Below the pieces are notes generated by a model that was not told the origin of the DNA, did no database searches, and was given only the letters and a program-made list of their open reading frames with translations. Source: Squalus acanthias (Eukaryota). From it: 64,000 bases of DNA. Shown here in pieces: positions 25,571-37,552 of the stretch; within the stretch, counting starts at the first letter, position 1; each line of letters opens with the position of its first letter. The DNA lies in contig CM059431.1 in the NCBI GenBank assembly GCA_030390025.1, positions 128,156,001 through 128,220,000 of the forward strand. The letters run 5' to 3'. Position numbers and translations under genes: made by a program.

Positions 25571-25712
25571 CAAGAGTTCTGACGAAAGGTCATCGACCTG
25601 AAACATTAACTCTGTTTCTCTCTCCATAGATGTTGCCTGACCCGCTGAGTATTTCTGGCATTTCCTGTTTTTATTTCAGATTTCCAGCATCCGCAGTATT
25701 TTGCTTTTGTAT
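25571..25712 (+). mobile_element. Penelope-like element 3' terminal fragment
   Basis: Near-identical to the reverse complement of 35253-35390. Confidence 0.8.
25573..25613 (+). ncRNA. Minimal type I hammerhead ribozyme motif (stem III mutated)
   Basis: AGAGUU-CUGACGA-A-AGGUC auc GACCU-GAAAC-AUU-AACUCU; stem I is AGAGUU/AACUCU. Confidence 0.7.
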
Positions 25713-27071
25713 CAGCTTTTTAACTGCTTGGGGAGCTTTAAATAAAGGAGTTGTGCCCTTGCTTCTCTCCTTTCCAGAATTGGCCAATGTCCCCTTACAT
25801 ATCTGGCCCCGCTATTAGTGGGACTCCCACCCATGTCCCTCTAGCATTATTGAAATTAGATGTCCCCGGGCTGTATGCCATGGTCAGCCTCCTCCGATCA
25901 CAGCAGGCATAAGACCTGCTCTGTTGCACATGCACTTCTACACTGGGGTCCCTGGAATTTCCAGGCTATAATTTCTGCCTATATGACTATCATGGCTGTT
26001 TATAATGTATGCGACCTACATTTTCTTGTATTGCATGACCACAAAAGATCTGATATTACTATTGTATCTTTCATAAGTTCCTTCATGTTTAATATCCCTC
26101 TTATTGACATTAATCTGTTACTGATTGTCATTTATTAGCTTCACTCCCGAATTGCAGAAGAACAATACTGCCACAAAATGGCAACCAATGCTTGCAAAGG
26201 AACTTTAATAATAGATGTAAACAGTACCTGGTATATCTATTATACCATAACATTTCATTTCGAAATACATTGAAAGTTCCTACCTCAGGCTCCATCTATG
26301 GAAAAATCCATTTTAAAGTATTTGGTTGCAGTACCAATTACACTTGTAGATGGTGCTGTGATCGGGATTTTCAATGTAATTAAGTACACTGCGTGTAAGC
26401 TAAACTAATATTATGTGACAGCCTTCACTTGTATATCTAACCAGTGGGTGGCCTATGAACCAAATCTGAACTGTTTGTGCCAGCTTCAATATCATCTTGG
26501 TAACGGTAAGTTTTCTTCTGTTATCTGTGTTTTATTTGCATTTGCTGTCTTAGTTTTTTTCTTTCAGTTTTTTTTATTAAATTGATTTCAATTGGTTTGA
26601 CACGGTCTCCCTGCTCTTCAGCCTGTCTCAGAGTCTGCAAACACATTTCCTCTCACAGTTGCACCTTTACTCTCCTAATTTTGAGTCTGGTGCTTTTTAT
26701 TTGCAGGCTTGCCTTAACATGCACCCTCAGGAAACTTCTAAACTCTCTTCCTGTTTTTCCTGGACAACAAATAGGCCTTTTATTCATAGGAAAATTCTTG
26801 GCCCACTCTATGGCCCTGTTATATATTTTTGTGCACTTCAGCTCGTTCTTAGGCCACTTTCTGCCTCCATATTGTTTCCAGCTGCTTGGCCTGTCTTAAG
26901 GCCATTCAGCATCACTGGCAGTGCTGCATACCCGATCACGCCAGAAAAACCTTTATCTGCCCATTGCAAAGGGCCAACAACACTCTGCTAATATGTGGTC
27001 TGTTTTCGGGCAGTTTGTTGCTGCTATTGATGCCTGCTAGGGAAGGAGAGAGAAATATGGGGAGAGATACA

Positions 27072-28857
27072 AAGGGGGGATTTTAACACAACCCACCTGA
27101 TGGAAACAAGGTGAGTGGGCAGTTAAAATCGCTGTTGAGGAATTACAGTTCCGTCCCCATTACATTCCTGCCGGCCGCCATTTTATTTGCACTGTTTTTT
27201 TAGTCGGCCGAGGCACCTGGAAGTGGGGCCTCATGAATACATGTAAATCCGGGTCCTATGATGCAATTAGGACCCCAATGCCATTTTTACGCAAAATCAT
27301 GGAAGCTCTACCGGTGCCCAACCCGCCAGTAAAACTTAGAGGGATTGGTCTCTCAGAGCCACTGAAGCAGTATTTAAAGGGATACTCACCAGTAGGTAAT
27401 TGGATCAGAGGACCTGTGCGCTACTGTGTTGCTTGGATTGCCAGGAGAGTTGCCAGATTCCAGATTACTTCTTTCTGAAAAAATTTTGCCTTACTCAGTA
27501 AGTATCTACTTATCATGGCTGCTATTATTACCAGTTTCATTTGAATGGAGGAATGGTTGGAGGAAGAGGAGCCTCAGCATTAGCCTCAGAAACCAACACC
27601 AGGAGGTGAGGGGCCTGCCCTGAGGAGACCATACCCAGCATATAGGGTGCACAGGCCAAGAATCACTTTCTTGGATCTATCTGAAGAGCAATGCTTCAGA
27701 AGGTTGCGGTTCTCCAGATAGGCTGTTGCAGACCTCTGCAGCCTCCTGAAGTATCCCTGCTGCCTGCTGGACCAGGAGGCCGCACTTTGCCAATGGCTCT
27801 CAAAGTTACATGACGCTAAACCTATTTATCACCTTCCAGTCTGCGACAGGGGACACCTCCCACTCTGTAGTACACAGCTGCATTAAGCAGGTCACCAGTT
27901 TCCTGTCTGCCAGAACTAACCAGTACAATACCTTCCCCATTGACCTCAATAGTTAACAAGAGCGAGCTCAAGGCTTTGCAACAGCGGCAGGCTTCCTTCG
28001 TGTACAGGGCATCATTGACTGCACACATGTTGCCTTCAGGGCACTTGAGCACAAGCCAGCATCAATTGTGAATAGGAAGGGTTACCGCTCCATTAATGTC
28101 TCCGAGCACAGAAAGAAGATATGCAAGTTTGTACAAGGTACCCAGGTAGCTGTCTTAATACTTTTATCCTGTGACAATCGACCATCCCCCAATATTTAAC
28201 CCTTCTAGGGATGTGGCAGAATAGCTGCTAGGGGACAAGGGTTAACCTCCTGCAACCACACCACGCCTGAGCAATACAAGTGTAATCAATGCCATGGGAG
28301 CAACAGGATGATAATTGAGTACACCACAGGACTGCTGAAGCAGGGGTTCAGGTGTCTGTTGGGTCCCTACAATATCCCCACAAAAGGCCTCCTGTATCAT
28401 AGTGGTGTGCTTTCAATTATTCAAAGTTTAGTATTAAAAATAAGGTCAAGTACTTACAAACAAGCAAAGCTTAGTTAGGGAAAAATGTCTACTTATACCG
28501 TGAAAAAAAAAGGTGAGTGTGTTTGTAATGGAAAAGAGAGGCGTTGTAGTGTGCCCTTGTGATTGAATGTTGATGAATGTGACGGAGGGGTGGTGGTTGT
28601 TGACAGTGATGGGGGAGGGGGTGAGAGAAAAGTTGGCAGTTGTTGAGAGAGGTAGAGAGATGAAGAGCTGTACTCACCCTTGCTCCTCTTGTGATGTCAT
28701 TGAAGCTTTTCCTACACTGAGGCTATTTCCTGGGGGTGATGCTTCTGGCACTGACCCTCTCAGCCACCTTTGTCCAGGTCTGCTGGATAGATGTCCTGAG
28801 GATGCTTCAGTAGTACTGGGAAACAGTATCTCTGTCCTTGCTCTGACTTCCTCCACC
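27072..28857. mobile_element. Decayed, deleted Harbinger element: nuclease (+, about 27520-28410) and Myb exon 1 (-, 28856-28679)
   Basis: ggggggattttaa terminus; DLSEEQCFRRLRFS, QGIIDCTHVA, NRKGYRSINV, LLGDKG; EEVRARTEILF..FNDITRGAR|GTGAGT. Confidence 0.75.
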
Positions 28858-29272
28858 AGTCAGCTGTGGCTCAGTGGTAGCACTCTTGCTTCTGAGTCGT
28901 AAGGTTGTGGGTTCAAGTCCCACTCTAGAGACTTGAGCGCACAAATCAAGGCTGATACTCCAGTGCAGTTCTGAGGGAGTGCTGCACTGTCGGAGGTGCC
29001 GTCTTTCAGATGCGATGTTAAACTGAGGCCCTGTCTGCTCTCTCAGGTGGACATGAAAGATCCCAGGGCACTATTTTGAAGAAGAGCAGGGGTATTATCT
29101 CTGGTGTCCTGGCCAATATTTACCCCTCAATCAACATCACTAAAAACAGATTATCTGGTCATTATCACATTACTGTGTGCAAATTGGCCACCATGTTTCC
29201 TACATTACAACAGTGACTACACTTTAAAAATAGGCTGTAAAGCACTCCTGAGGTCATGAAAGGCAAGTCTTC
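28858..29272 (+). mobile_element. tRNA-derived SINE (SacSINE1/DeuSINE-like) with L2-type tail
   Basis: A box tggctcagtgg 28867-28877, B box ggttcaagtcc 28910-28920, central gatg..gttaaac..gaggccc segment; second copy at 57004-57465. Confidence 0.85.
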
Positions 29273-29299
29273 CTTTTTTTTCCTTTTTTTTCCTTTCCA

Positions 29300-32200
29300 G
29301 GACCAACCAGGGAGTTATCTGCAAACTTGGGGGCAGCTCTGCGACTCATTTCAGAGAATACCCTCCTTGCAGCAGTACAACAGTGAAATGCGAAAGCAGG
29401 GAATGCAACCTCGCTTTAATAGAGGCATGGCAGAGCACCTCAGTCCTGTCGAATGCACATCCTGTGCCATGTGGGAAGCCCAGGACACTTCTCAGGTCCT
29501 GGACAACCACATGCACAGGAAGTGTCATCAGCTGGAGGAGCTCAAGCTCTGGGTTTCAGAGCTTGAGCAGCGGCTGGCGTCACTGCATTGCATCCGCGAG
29601 GCTGAGAGCTACATGGATAGCTCGTTTCAGGAGGTGGTCACCTCGCAGCTGAAGAGTGTGTAGGCAGAGAGGGAATGGGTGACTGCCAGACAGACAAGGA
29701 GGACCAGGCAGGAAGTGCAGAAATCCCCTAAGTGCATCTTGCTCTCTAATCCATATTCAGTTCTGAATACTGGTGAGGGCTAACGTTCCTCTGGGGAATA
29801 CAGCCAGAGCAAAGTCCATGGCACCATGGGTGGTTCAGCTGTATGGTGGGGAGGAGGAAGGTCACAAAAGCAATAGTGATAGGGGATTCAATAGTTAGGA
29901 GAACAGAGAGGCGTTTCTGCGGCTGCAGAGGTGACTCCAGGATGGTATGTTGCCTCCCTTGTTCCAGGGTCAAGGATGTCACTGAACGGCTGCAGAACAT
30001 TTTGGTGAACAGCCAGAGGCTGTGGTCCATATCAGTACCAATGACATAGGTCGAAAGAGGGATGAGGTTCTGCAGGCAGATTTTAGGGAGCTAGGAAAGT
30101 GATTAAGAAGCAGGACCTCAACTGTAGTAATCTCCGGATTACTCCCGGTGCTAAGTGCTAGTGAGTACGGAAATAGGAGGATAGAGCAGATGAATGTGTG
30201 GCTGGAGAGATGGTGCAGGAGGGAGGGCTTTAGATTCCTAAGGCATTGGGAACGGTTCTGGGGGAGGTGGGACCTGTACAATCTGAATGGGTTGCCCCTC
30301 AACAGGGCCGGGACCAATATCCTCGCGGGGGGGGGGGCGGGGGGGGAGGTTGCTAGTGCTGTTTAGGAGGGTTTAAATTAGGTTGGCAGGAAGATGGGAA
30401 CCTGTGCTTAGATTAAGAAGGGAGAGAAGCAAAGCTGGAAATGGAAGGCAGAAAATTAGTAAGCGAGTTTGAAGGCAGAGAAAACAAAGGCTAGAAAATA
30501 AACAACAAAGGAGTTTGGCAGTGCTTAGTGGTATGTACTTCAATGAGTCTAGTGAATAAGGTAGATGAGCTGAGGGCATAAATAGACATGTGGAAGTATG
30601 GTATCATAGCTATTACTGAAACATGGCTTAATGTAGGGCAGGAATGGCAGCTCAACATTCCTGGTTACAGGGTTTTCAGATGAGATAGAGAGGGGGATAA
30701 AAAAGGAGGCGGATCACAATATTGGTTAAAGATCAATTACAGCTGTGAGGAGGGATAATATGTTAGAAGGATCATTAAATGAGGCCATATGGGTTGAACT
30801 GAAGAGCAAAAAGGGGGCAATCACACTGCTGGGAGTGCCCTATAGACCTCCAAATATTCAGAGGGAGATAGAAGAGCAAATATGTAGGCAAATTTTTGAG
30901 AAGTGCAAAAGCAATATGGCAGTAATAGTTGGGGATTTCAACGACCCCAATATTAACTGGGATAGAATCAGTGTAAAATGTATAGAGGGTGCAGAATTCT
31001 TAAAATGCATTCAGGAGATATTTTTTTAGCCAGTACGTAGCAAGCCCAACAAGTGAGGGGGCAGGTCTGCACTTGGTTTTAGGGAATGAAGCTGGGCAGG
31101 TGGAAGGGGTATCAGTGGGAGAGCATTTTGGTGGTAGTGATCATAATTCAGTTAGATTTAGCGTAGTTATGGAAAAGGACAAAGATAGACCAGGAGTAAA
31201 AGTTCTCAATTCAGGAAAGGCCAATTTTACTAAGCTGAGATGTGATTTAGCAAAAGTGGACTAGATACAGCTACTTGAAGGTAAATTGGTGTCAGACCAG
31301 TGGGAGGCATTCAAGGAGGAGATAATGAGGGTTCAGAGGAAATATGTTCCCACAAGGAAAAAGGGTGGGACTCCCAAATCTAGAGCCTGCTGAATGTCAA
31401 GGAGCATACAGGGTAGGATAAGGAAAAAAAGGGAAGCTTTTGTCAGATACCGAGAGCTCAATACTGCAGAAAGCCTAGAGGAGTATAGAAAGTGCAGGGG
31501 TGCAATTAAAAAGTAAATTAAGAAAGCAAAGAGAGGGCATGAAACAATATTGGCAAGTAAAAGCAAGGAAAACCCAAAGATGTTTTATAAATACATAAAG
31601 AGCAAGAGGATAGCTTAGAGTAGGCCCTATTACAGACCAAAAAGATAACCTGTGTGTGGAAGTGGAAGAAATGGGTATGGTGCTTAATGAATACTTTGCG
31701 TCTGTCTTCACAAAAGTGAGGGTCAATGCAGACATTGTAGTTAAGGAGGAGGAGTGTGAAATATTAGATGAGATAAACATAGTGAGAGAGGAAATATTAA
31801 GGGGTTTAGCATCTTTGAAAGTAGATAAATCTCCAGGCCTGGATGAAATGTATCCCAGGATGTTACGAGAAGCAAGGGAGGAAATAGCAGAGGCCCTGAC
31901 CATCATTTTCCAATCCACTCTGGCTACAGGCATGGTGACTGCAAGGCTGCTAACATTGTACCGTTGTTTAAAAAGGGAGAAAGGGATAGACCGAGTAATT
32001 GCAGGCTAGTCAGTTTGCCTCGGTGGTGGTTAAATTATTGGAAAAAATTCTGAGGGACAGTATTAATTATCATTTAGAAAGGCACAGATTAATTAAGGAG
32101 AATCAGCATGGATTTGTTAAGGAAGGTCTTGCCTGACTAACTTGATTGAATTTTTTAAGGAGGTAACAAGGAGGGTCGATGAGGGTAAAGCATTTGATGT

Positions 32201-32492
32201 AGTCTACATGGATTTTACCAAGGCTTTTGACAAGGTCCCACATGGCAGACTGGTCAGAAAAGTAAAAGCGCATGGAAAGTGGTAAGTTGGATCCAAAATT
32301 GGCTCAGTGGCAGGAAGCAAAGGGTAATGGTCGACTGGTGTTTTTGTGACTGGAAGGCTGTTTCCAGTGGGGTTCTGCAGGGCTCAGAACTAGGTCCCTT
32401 GCTTTTTGTGGTATATATCAATGATTTAGACTTCAATGTAGGGGGCATGATTAAGAAGTTTGCAGATGATATAAAAATTGGCCGTGTGGTTG
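29300..32492 (+). mobile_element. CR1 LINE with ORF1 (zinc finger, coiled coil, SGNH esterase) and decayed ORF2; 3' end missing
   Basis: CTSCAMWE..RKCHQL, IVIGDSIVR, CLP; endonuclease VIVGDFN, SDHN; RT motifs to KFADDIKIG. Confidence 0.93.
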
Positions 32493-34221
32493 ATAGAAAC
32501 ATAGAAAAATAGGATCAGGTGTAGGCTATTCGGCCCTTCGAGCCTGCTCCGCCATTCAATATGATCATGGCTGATCCTCTATCTCAATACCATATTCCCG
32601 CACTCTCCCCATACCCCTTGATGTCTTTTGCATTTAGAAATCTATCTATCTCCTTCTTAAATATATTCAGTGACTTGGCCTCCACAACCTTCTGTGGTAG
32701 AGAATTCCACAGGTTCACCACCCGCTGAGTGAAGACATTTCTCCTCATCTCAGTCCTAAATGTCCTATCCCTTATTCTGAGACTGTGACCCCTCGTTCAA
32801 ACCCCCTAGCTGGGGAAACATCCTCCCTGCATCCAGTCTGTCTAGCCCTGTCAGAATTTTATACGTTTCAATGAGATCCCCTCTCATTCTTCTAAACTCT
32901 AGTGAATACAGGCCTAGTCGACCCAATCTCTCCTCATATGATAGTCCTGCCATCCCAGGAATCAGTCTGGTGAACCTTCGCTGCACTCCCTCTATGGCAA
33001 ATATATCCTTTCTTAGGTAAGGAGACCAAAACTGCACACAATTCTCCAGGTGTGGTCTCACCAAGGCCCTGTATAACTGTAGTAAGACATCCGTGCTCCT
33101 GTACTCAAATCCTCTTGCAATGAAGACCAACATACCATTTGCCTTCCTAACTGCTTGCTGCACGTCCATGTTTGCTTTCAGTGACTGGTGTACAAGGGCA
33201 CCCAGGTCCCTTTGTACATCAACATTTCCCAATCTATCACCATTTAAATAATACTCTGCCTTTCTGTTTTTCCTACCGAAGTGGATAACTTCACATTTAT
33301 CCACGTTATACTGCATCTGCCATGTATTTGCCCACTCACTCAACTTGTCTAAATCGCCTTGAAGCCTCTTTGCATCCTCCTCACAACTCACAATCCCACC
33401 TAGTTTCATGTCATCAGCAAACTTGGAAATATTACATTTGGTTCCCTCATCCAAATCATTGATATATATTGTGAATAGCTAGGGACCAAGCACTGATCCC
33501 GGCAGTACCCCACTAGTACGGGGTGGCCTGCCTGCCACCCCGAAAAAGACACATTTATTCCTACTCTCTGTTTCCTGTCTATTAACCAATTTTCAATCCA
33601 TGCCAGTATATTACCCCCAATCCCATGTGCTTTAATTTTGCACACTAACCTCTTATGTGGGACTATATCAAAGGCCTTCTGAAAATCCAAATACACCACA
33701 TCCACTCGTTCTCCATTATCTATTCTATCAGTTATATCCTCAAAAAACTCCAGTCGGTTTGTCAAACACGATTTCCCTTTCATAAATCCATGTTGACTTT
33801 GTCTAATCCCGTTGATATTTTCTAAGTGTCCTGTTATCACATCCTTTATAATAGACTCTAGCATTTTCCCAACTACTGATGTTAGGCTAACCGGTCTGTA
33901 GTTCCCTGTTTTCTCTCTCCCTCCTTTTTTAAATAGTGGGGTTACATTTGCCACCTGCCAATCTGTAGGAACTGTTCCATAATCTATAGAATTTTGGAAT
34001 GCATCACCAATGCATCCACTATTTCCATGGCTACCTCTTTTGGTACTCTGAGATGCAGATTATCAGGCCCTGGGGATTTATCAGGTTTCAGTCCCATTAA
34101 TTTCTCCAGCACTATTTTTTTACCAATACTAATTTCCTTTAATTCCTCCTTCTCACTAGACCCTTGGTTCCCTAGCATTTCTGGGAAGTTATTTGTGTCC
34201 TCTGTCATGAAGACAGAACCA
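32493..34221 (-). mobile_element. CR1 LINE, 5'-truncated; same subfamily as 6085-7946
   Basis: RT motifs in ORFs 33406-33954 and 32765-33454, 3'UTR and tail at about 32493-32600. Confidence 0.95.
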
Positions 34222-34222
34222 A

Positions 34223-34415
34223 AGGGTTGGATTTTCCAAGCCCCGAGGAGGTGGGCATGGAGGCGGGACAGCAGGTAAATTAGGAGAAAGTGGGGGTGGA
34301 TGGCAAACCCGCCCCCATCCTGCCTCCGTGCCCTTTTGCCAGGAGGCGGGAAGCTGTGCTGCTTCGGGTCCCTTCTCCTGGAGGCAGGAAAGGCATTTAA
34401 TCCTTTTAATGGGGG
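34223..34415. mobile_element. Truncated copy of the MITE at 50376-51197
   Basis: gggttggattttccaagc..gaggaggtg..catggaggcgggac matches the 50376 left end. Confidence 0.8.
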
Positions 34416-34424
34416 TGGTGCTAC

Positions 34425-34880
34425 AGAGATACAGACAATGCAAAAGGCACAGAAAGAAGATTCGTGAAAAAAGAAATGGACACAGGGAATAGAGAAAGGG
34501 GGAGAGAGTGGGAGACAGAGACAGAGGTTGGAGGACAGAGAGATATTAGGGAATAGAGAGAGAAATTGAAGAAAGAGAGAGAGAAAGATAAATTAGGGGC
34601 ACAGAGTTAAGGATCATAAGAAAACAGAGATTGTAGACACACAGATGGAGAATGCTTTGCAGAGTGAGAGAGAGATCTGAGGGACAGAAAACTTTAGGTG
34701 GACAGAGAGCACTAGGGGATCAATGACACATTGTAGGGAGTGAAAAATAAATTGAGTGGTGGAGAGACAGATTAGGGCAACTGACAGAAATTAGAGGTAC
34801 AGATAGGTAGATAGAGACACAGAGACAAGCATTTGGAAGATATGGAGAGAGGCACATCAGGTAACACAGAGAGTGAAATC
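34425..34880. repeat. GA-rich low-complexity tract
   Basis: Degenerate (GA)n/(GACA)n purine-rich sequence. Confidence 0.7.
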
Positions 34881-34999
34881 AGGTCACAAGAAAATAACAT
34901 TGTGTGGACACTGAGCCAACATCAAGTTATGGAGAGAATCATAGCGATAAGGTGAAAGATACAAACATCAGGAAGATTCATATATTGCAAAAAAATCAC

Positions 35000-35225
35000 T
35001 ATAGTATCAGCCAGGCTGCAGTACGGGCATGCATTTATCACTGACACACTCTATGGCATCACAGCTAAGGCAGCAGCAAGATAGGGGATACAGTTTTACA
35101 GGTTTACTTGCTTCCCTGAGGTCCAGGGTGCTATTGATGGTCCACCTACGTTGCTTTGTGTGCTACAACAGAACACTCACTCAACAACCTCAACAAGAAG
35201 GGCTTCCACTCCCTCAGTGCTTGTG
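35000..35225 (+). pseudogene. Harbinger nuclease fragment
   Basis: ISQAAV, FPEVQGAIDG and NKKGFHSL motifs across frameshifts. Confidence 0.65.
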
Positions 35226-35354
35226 AAAGTGGAGGAAGGAATTTTAGGCACTAATACAAAAAGAAAATACTGCAGATGCTGGAAATCTGAAATAAAAACA
35301 GAAAATGCTGGAGATACTCAACAGGTCAGGCAGCATCTGTGAAGAGAGAAACAG

Positions 35355-35391
35355 AGTTAACGTTTCAGGTCGATGACCTTTCGTCAGAACC
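35355..35391 (-). ncRNA. Minimal type I hammerhead ribozyme motif
   Basis: GGUU-CUGACGA-A-AGGUC auc GACCU-GAAAC-GUU-AACU, with palindromic AACGUU in place of stem III. Confidence 0.75.
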
Positions 35392-35787
35392 GGAAAAAAG
35401 CAGGAAATGGAACAGATTTTTAAGCAAGTGTAGGAGCTGGGAAAGGGGGGAGGGGACGAAAAAACAAAAGGGTAGGTCTGTGATAGGATAGAAGGCAGGA
35501 GAGATTAAGAGACATTAAGATACATTAACATATATTCAAGGCAAAAGGAGATGGTAATGGGACAGGTTAAGAAACAAAAGATGGCTCTAGATGAAGTGTA
35601 AATTGCGCTGGCAGAATAAAAGACAGCTGCCATATGGGAGAGAAGAAAGGAAAACACAAACAAAAAAAGTGTGGAAAATATATATATATGATAGGGGCCA
35701 AGGTTATGATCTGAAATTGTTGAACTCTATGTCGAGTCCAGAAGGCTGTAAAGTGCCTAATCGAAAGATGAGGTGCTACTTTTTTCC

Positions 35788-35823
35788 AGTTCTGATGAAA
35801 GGTCATCGACCTGAAACGTTACT
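35788..35823 (+). ncRNA. Minimal type I hammerhead ribozyme motif
   Basis: AGUU-CUGAUGA-A-AGGUC auc GACCU-GAAAC-GUU-ACU. Confidence 0.7.
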
Positions 35824-36371
35824 TTTTAGGTGCCACAACATCGCCTGAAACAAACGAATCTTGAAATAACTGAATGTAACTATTGGTGTATGTGAAACTG
35901 ACAAGAAGCCATTCAAACTGCACTAACCTGACAGCTGCAAGTCATTACTGATGATCCCTTTAAATTACATCCCTGGAGCCGGCTTCCTGGTGCTTCACGC
36001 CAGCTCTCCCTGTTGGTATTTACTCCAGGCACTTTGGTAGATGGCAAAAATCAATTTAGCAGATCGGGCGGTCAGTGAGCATTGCACACTCACTGACATC
36101 ATGATCCACCTGGAGTTGATGTTCCTGGCAATAACTGTTACCAACGGCTCTACATGCTCATCACAATTGCTGAGAGGCTCTCAGGCACCCTTGCCATTGC
36201 ACCTATCATCTCCGTGTGCCTGCCCATCACCCTTCCTCTAACCGCCTCCCCATCGAGGTCCCCATCTGTATCTGTTGCAGCAGGACTCGTGCGTGAACTC
36301 ACCCTCCGGGGTGCTATCCCCCGAGCTACCCTTTCCCGCGGCCTTGCTGCAGCCCACTCATTACTGGTGCC

Positions 36372-37336
36372 TCACCCTGTGTGTATCCTGATACTAGTCT
36401 CTAAAGAATATGTAGTGCCAATATCTGAGCTGGTGTCTGCGGGTGAGAGATGCAGTGACACGGTGTGTTCTTCCTCCTCCTCTTCTCCCGCCTCAATCTC
36501 TGTGGTGCCCTCAGGGACAGGCTGCTCAGATGCTTGCTGATTATCTGAAAGCATAAAGGCACAAGAGTCAGGTTAAGATGAGGGGAGGGGGCAGGAAGGG
36601 AGAAATGCATGCATACAGCATGATTGCTGGAGAGTGCGAAACGCTTGTGAGGTGAGGGAGAAGTGGGATGTGAGAAGAAGCAGTAGGGATGAACATACCG
36701 TTGTTGTCCCCAAGGGGGTCAATGTCACCAGTGGCCATGGCGCCCACCACCTGGCGGCAAATAATCTGCGGCACTCGATTCTCCAGCGCAGACAGTGGTT
36801 GGGTGTCGGCTTGTCCCCCGCCTGTGTGATTCTGCTTCCGCCTGTTGTGAGCCACCTTGGCCTGCAAGAGAAAGGAAAGTGTGTGAGTGAGTGTGGAGCA
36901 ATGTGTTTGGGTGATGTGCCTGCCATAGTTGAACAGCTGTCATTGTGTGCAAGGTGTGAGATGTGGGTGTGAGTGTTGATAGTTAGAGATTGTTGGTGGG
37001 TAAGTGTTGGGTGTGTGGTGCTTTGGGCAGTGTTGAAGAGCGTGGCTCAGATGGTGGTTTGTAGCATTTGTTGAAGCATTCATTCACCCTGACCACCCGG
37101 GTGAGGTCATTAAATTTCTTCCTGAACTGTGTGCGGGTGCTGGGGACCACAGTGCTGCCCGAAATGTGCTGCGCTACCTCCCTCCAGATGGTGCGGAAGA
37201 CTTGTGGCGAGGGCCTCCTGCTACTTGCTTGGTAGAGCACCGCCCTCCGTCTCTCCACAGTGAAAACCAACACCTCCAATGCTTCATTGCAGAATCTGCG
37301 GTCTCTCTCCCTAGGGCGTTGATCTGCCACGAACAT
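36372..37336 (-). CDS. Harbinger Myb/SANT-like protein, predicted spliced 194 aa; exons 37336-37088, 36861-36699, 36544-36372; C-terminally truncated
   Basis: GT-AG introns (phases 0 and 1) at the same positions as in 1-1732; exon 2 is 163 bp in both; open until TGA at 36374-36372. Expression unknown. Confidence 0.55.
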
Positions 37337-37552
37337 ACCTGGTTCATTCCTTCGGCTCCTTCTCTTGTCCTGCTTCTGCTTGCTGAGGCAGCTGCACAGC
37401 CAGCAATGCTGAGAATGAGGTTCTGCAGCATCAATGACCCTCCCCATTAATTAGTGAAAAAAGCCTGTGGCAATCACGACTTGCGATTAGACTGCACCTG
37501 ATATTGGTCCACCCTTTGAGTGTAACGCTAATGAGCTTGGGTTTTAAAACTT

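Larger units (their letters stand above)
35252..35823 (-). mobile_element. Penelope-like element 3' end with a short inverted duplication
   Basis: 35700-35778 is the reverse complement of the PLE ORF end at 55330-55405; 35779-35823 repeats the 35357-35398 segment in opposite orientation. Confidence 0.85.

Noticed and set aside
28861..28930. tRNA gene
   Set aside because: The A and B boxes belong to a SINE head followed by SINE body and tail; a second copy lies at 57 kb.
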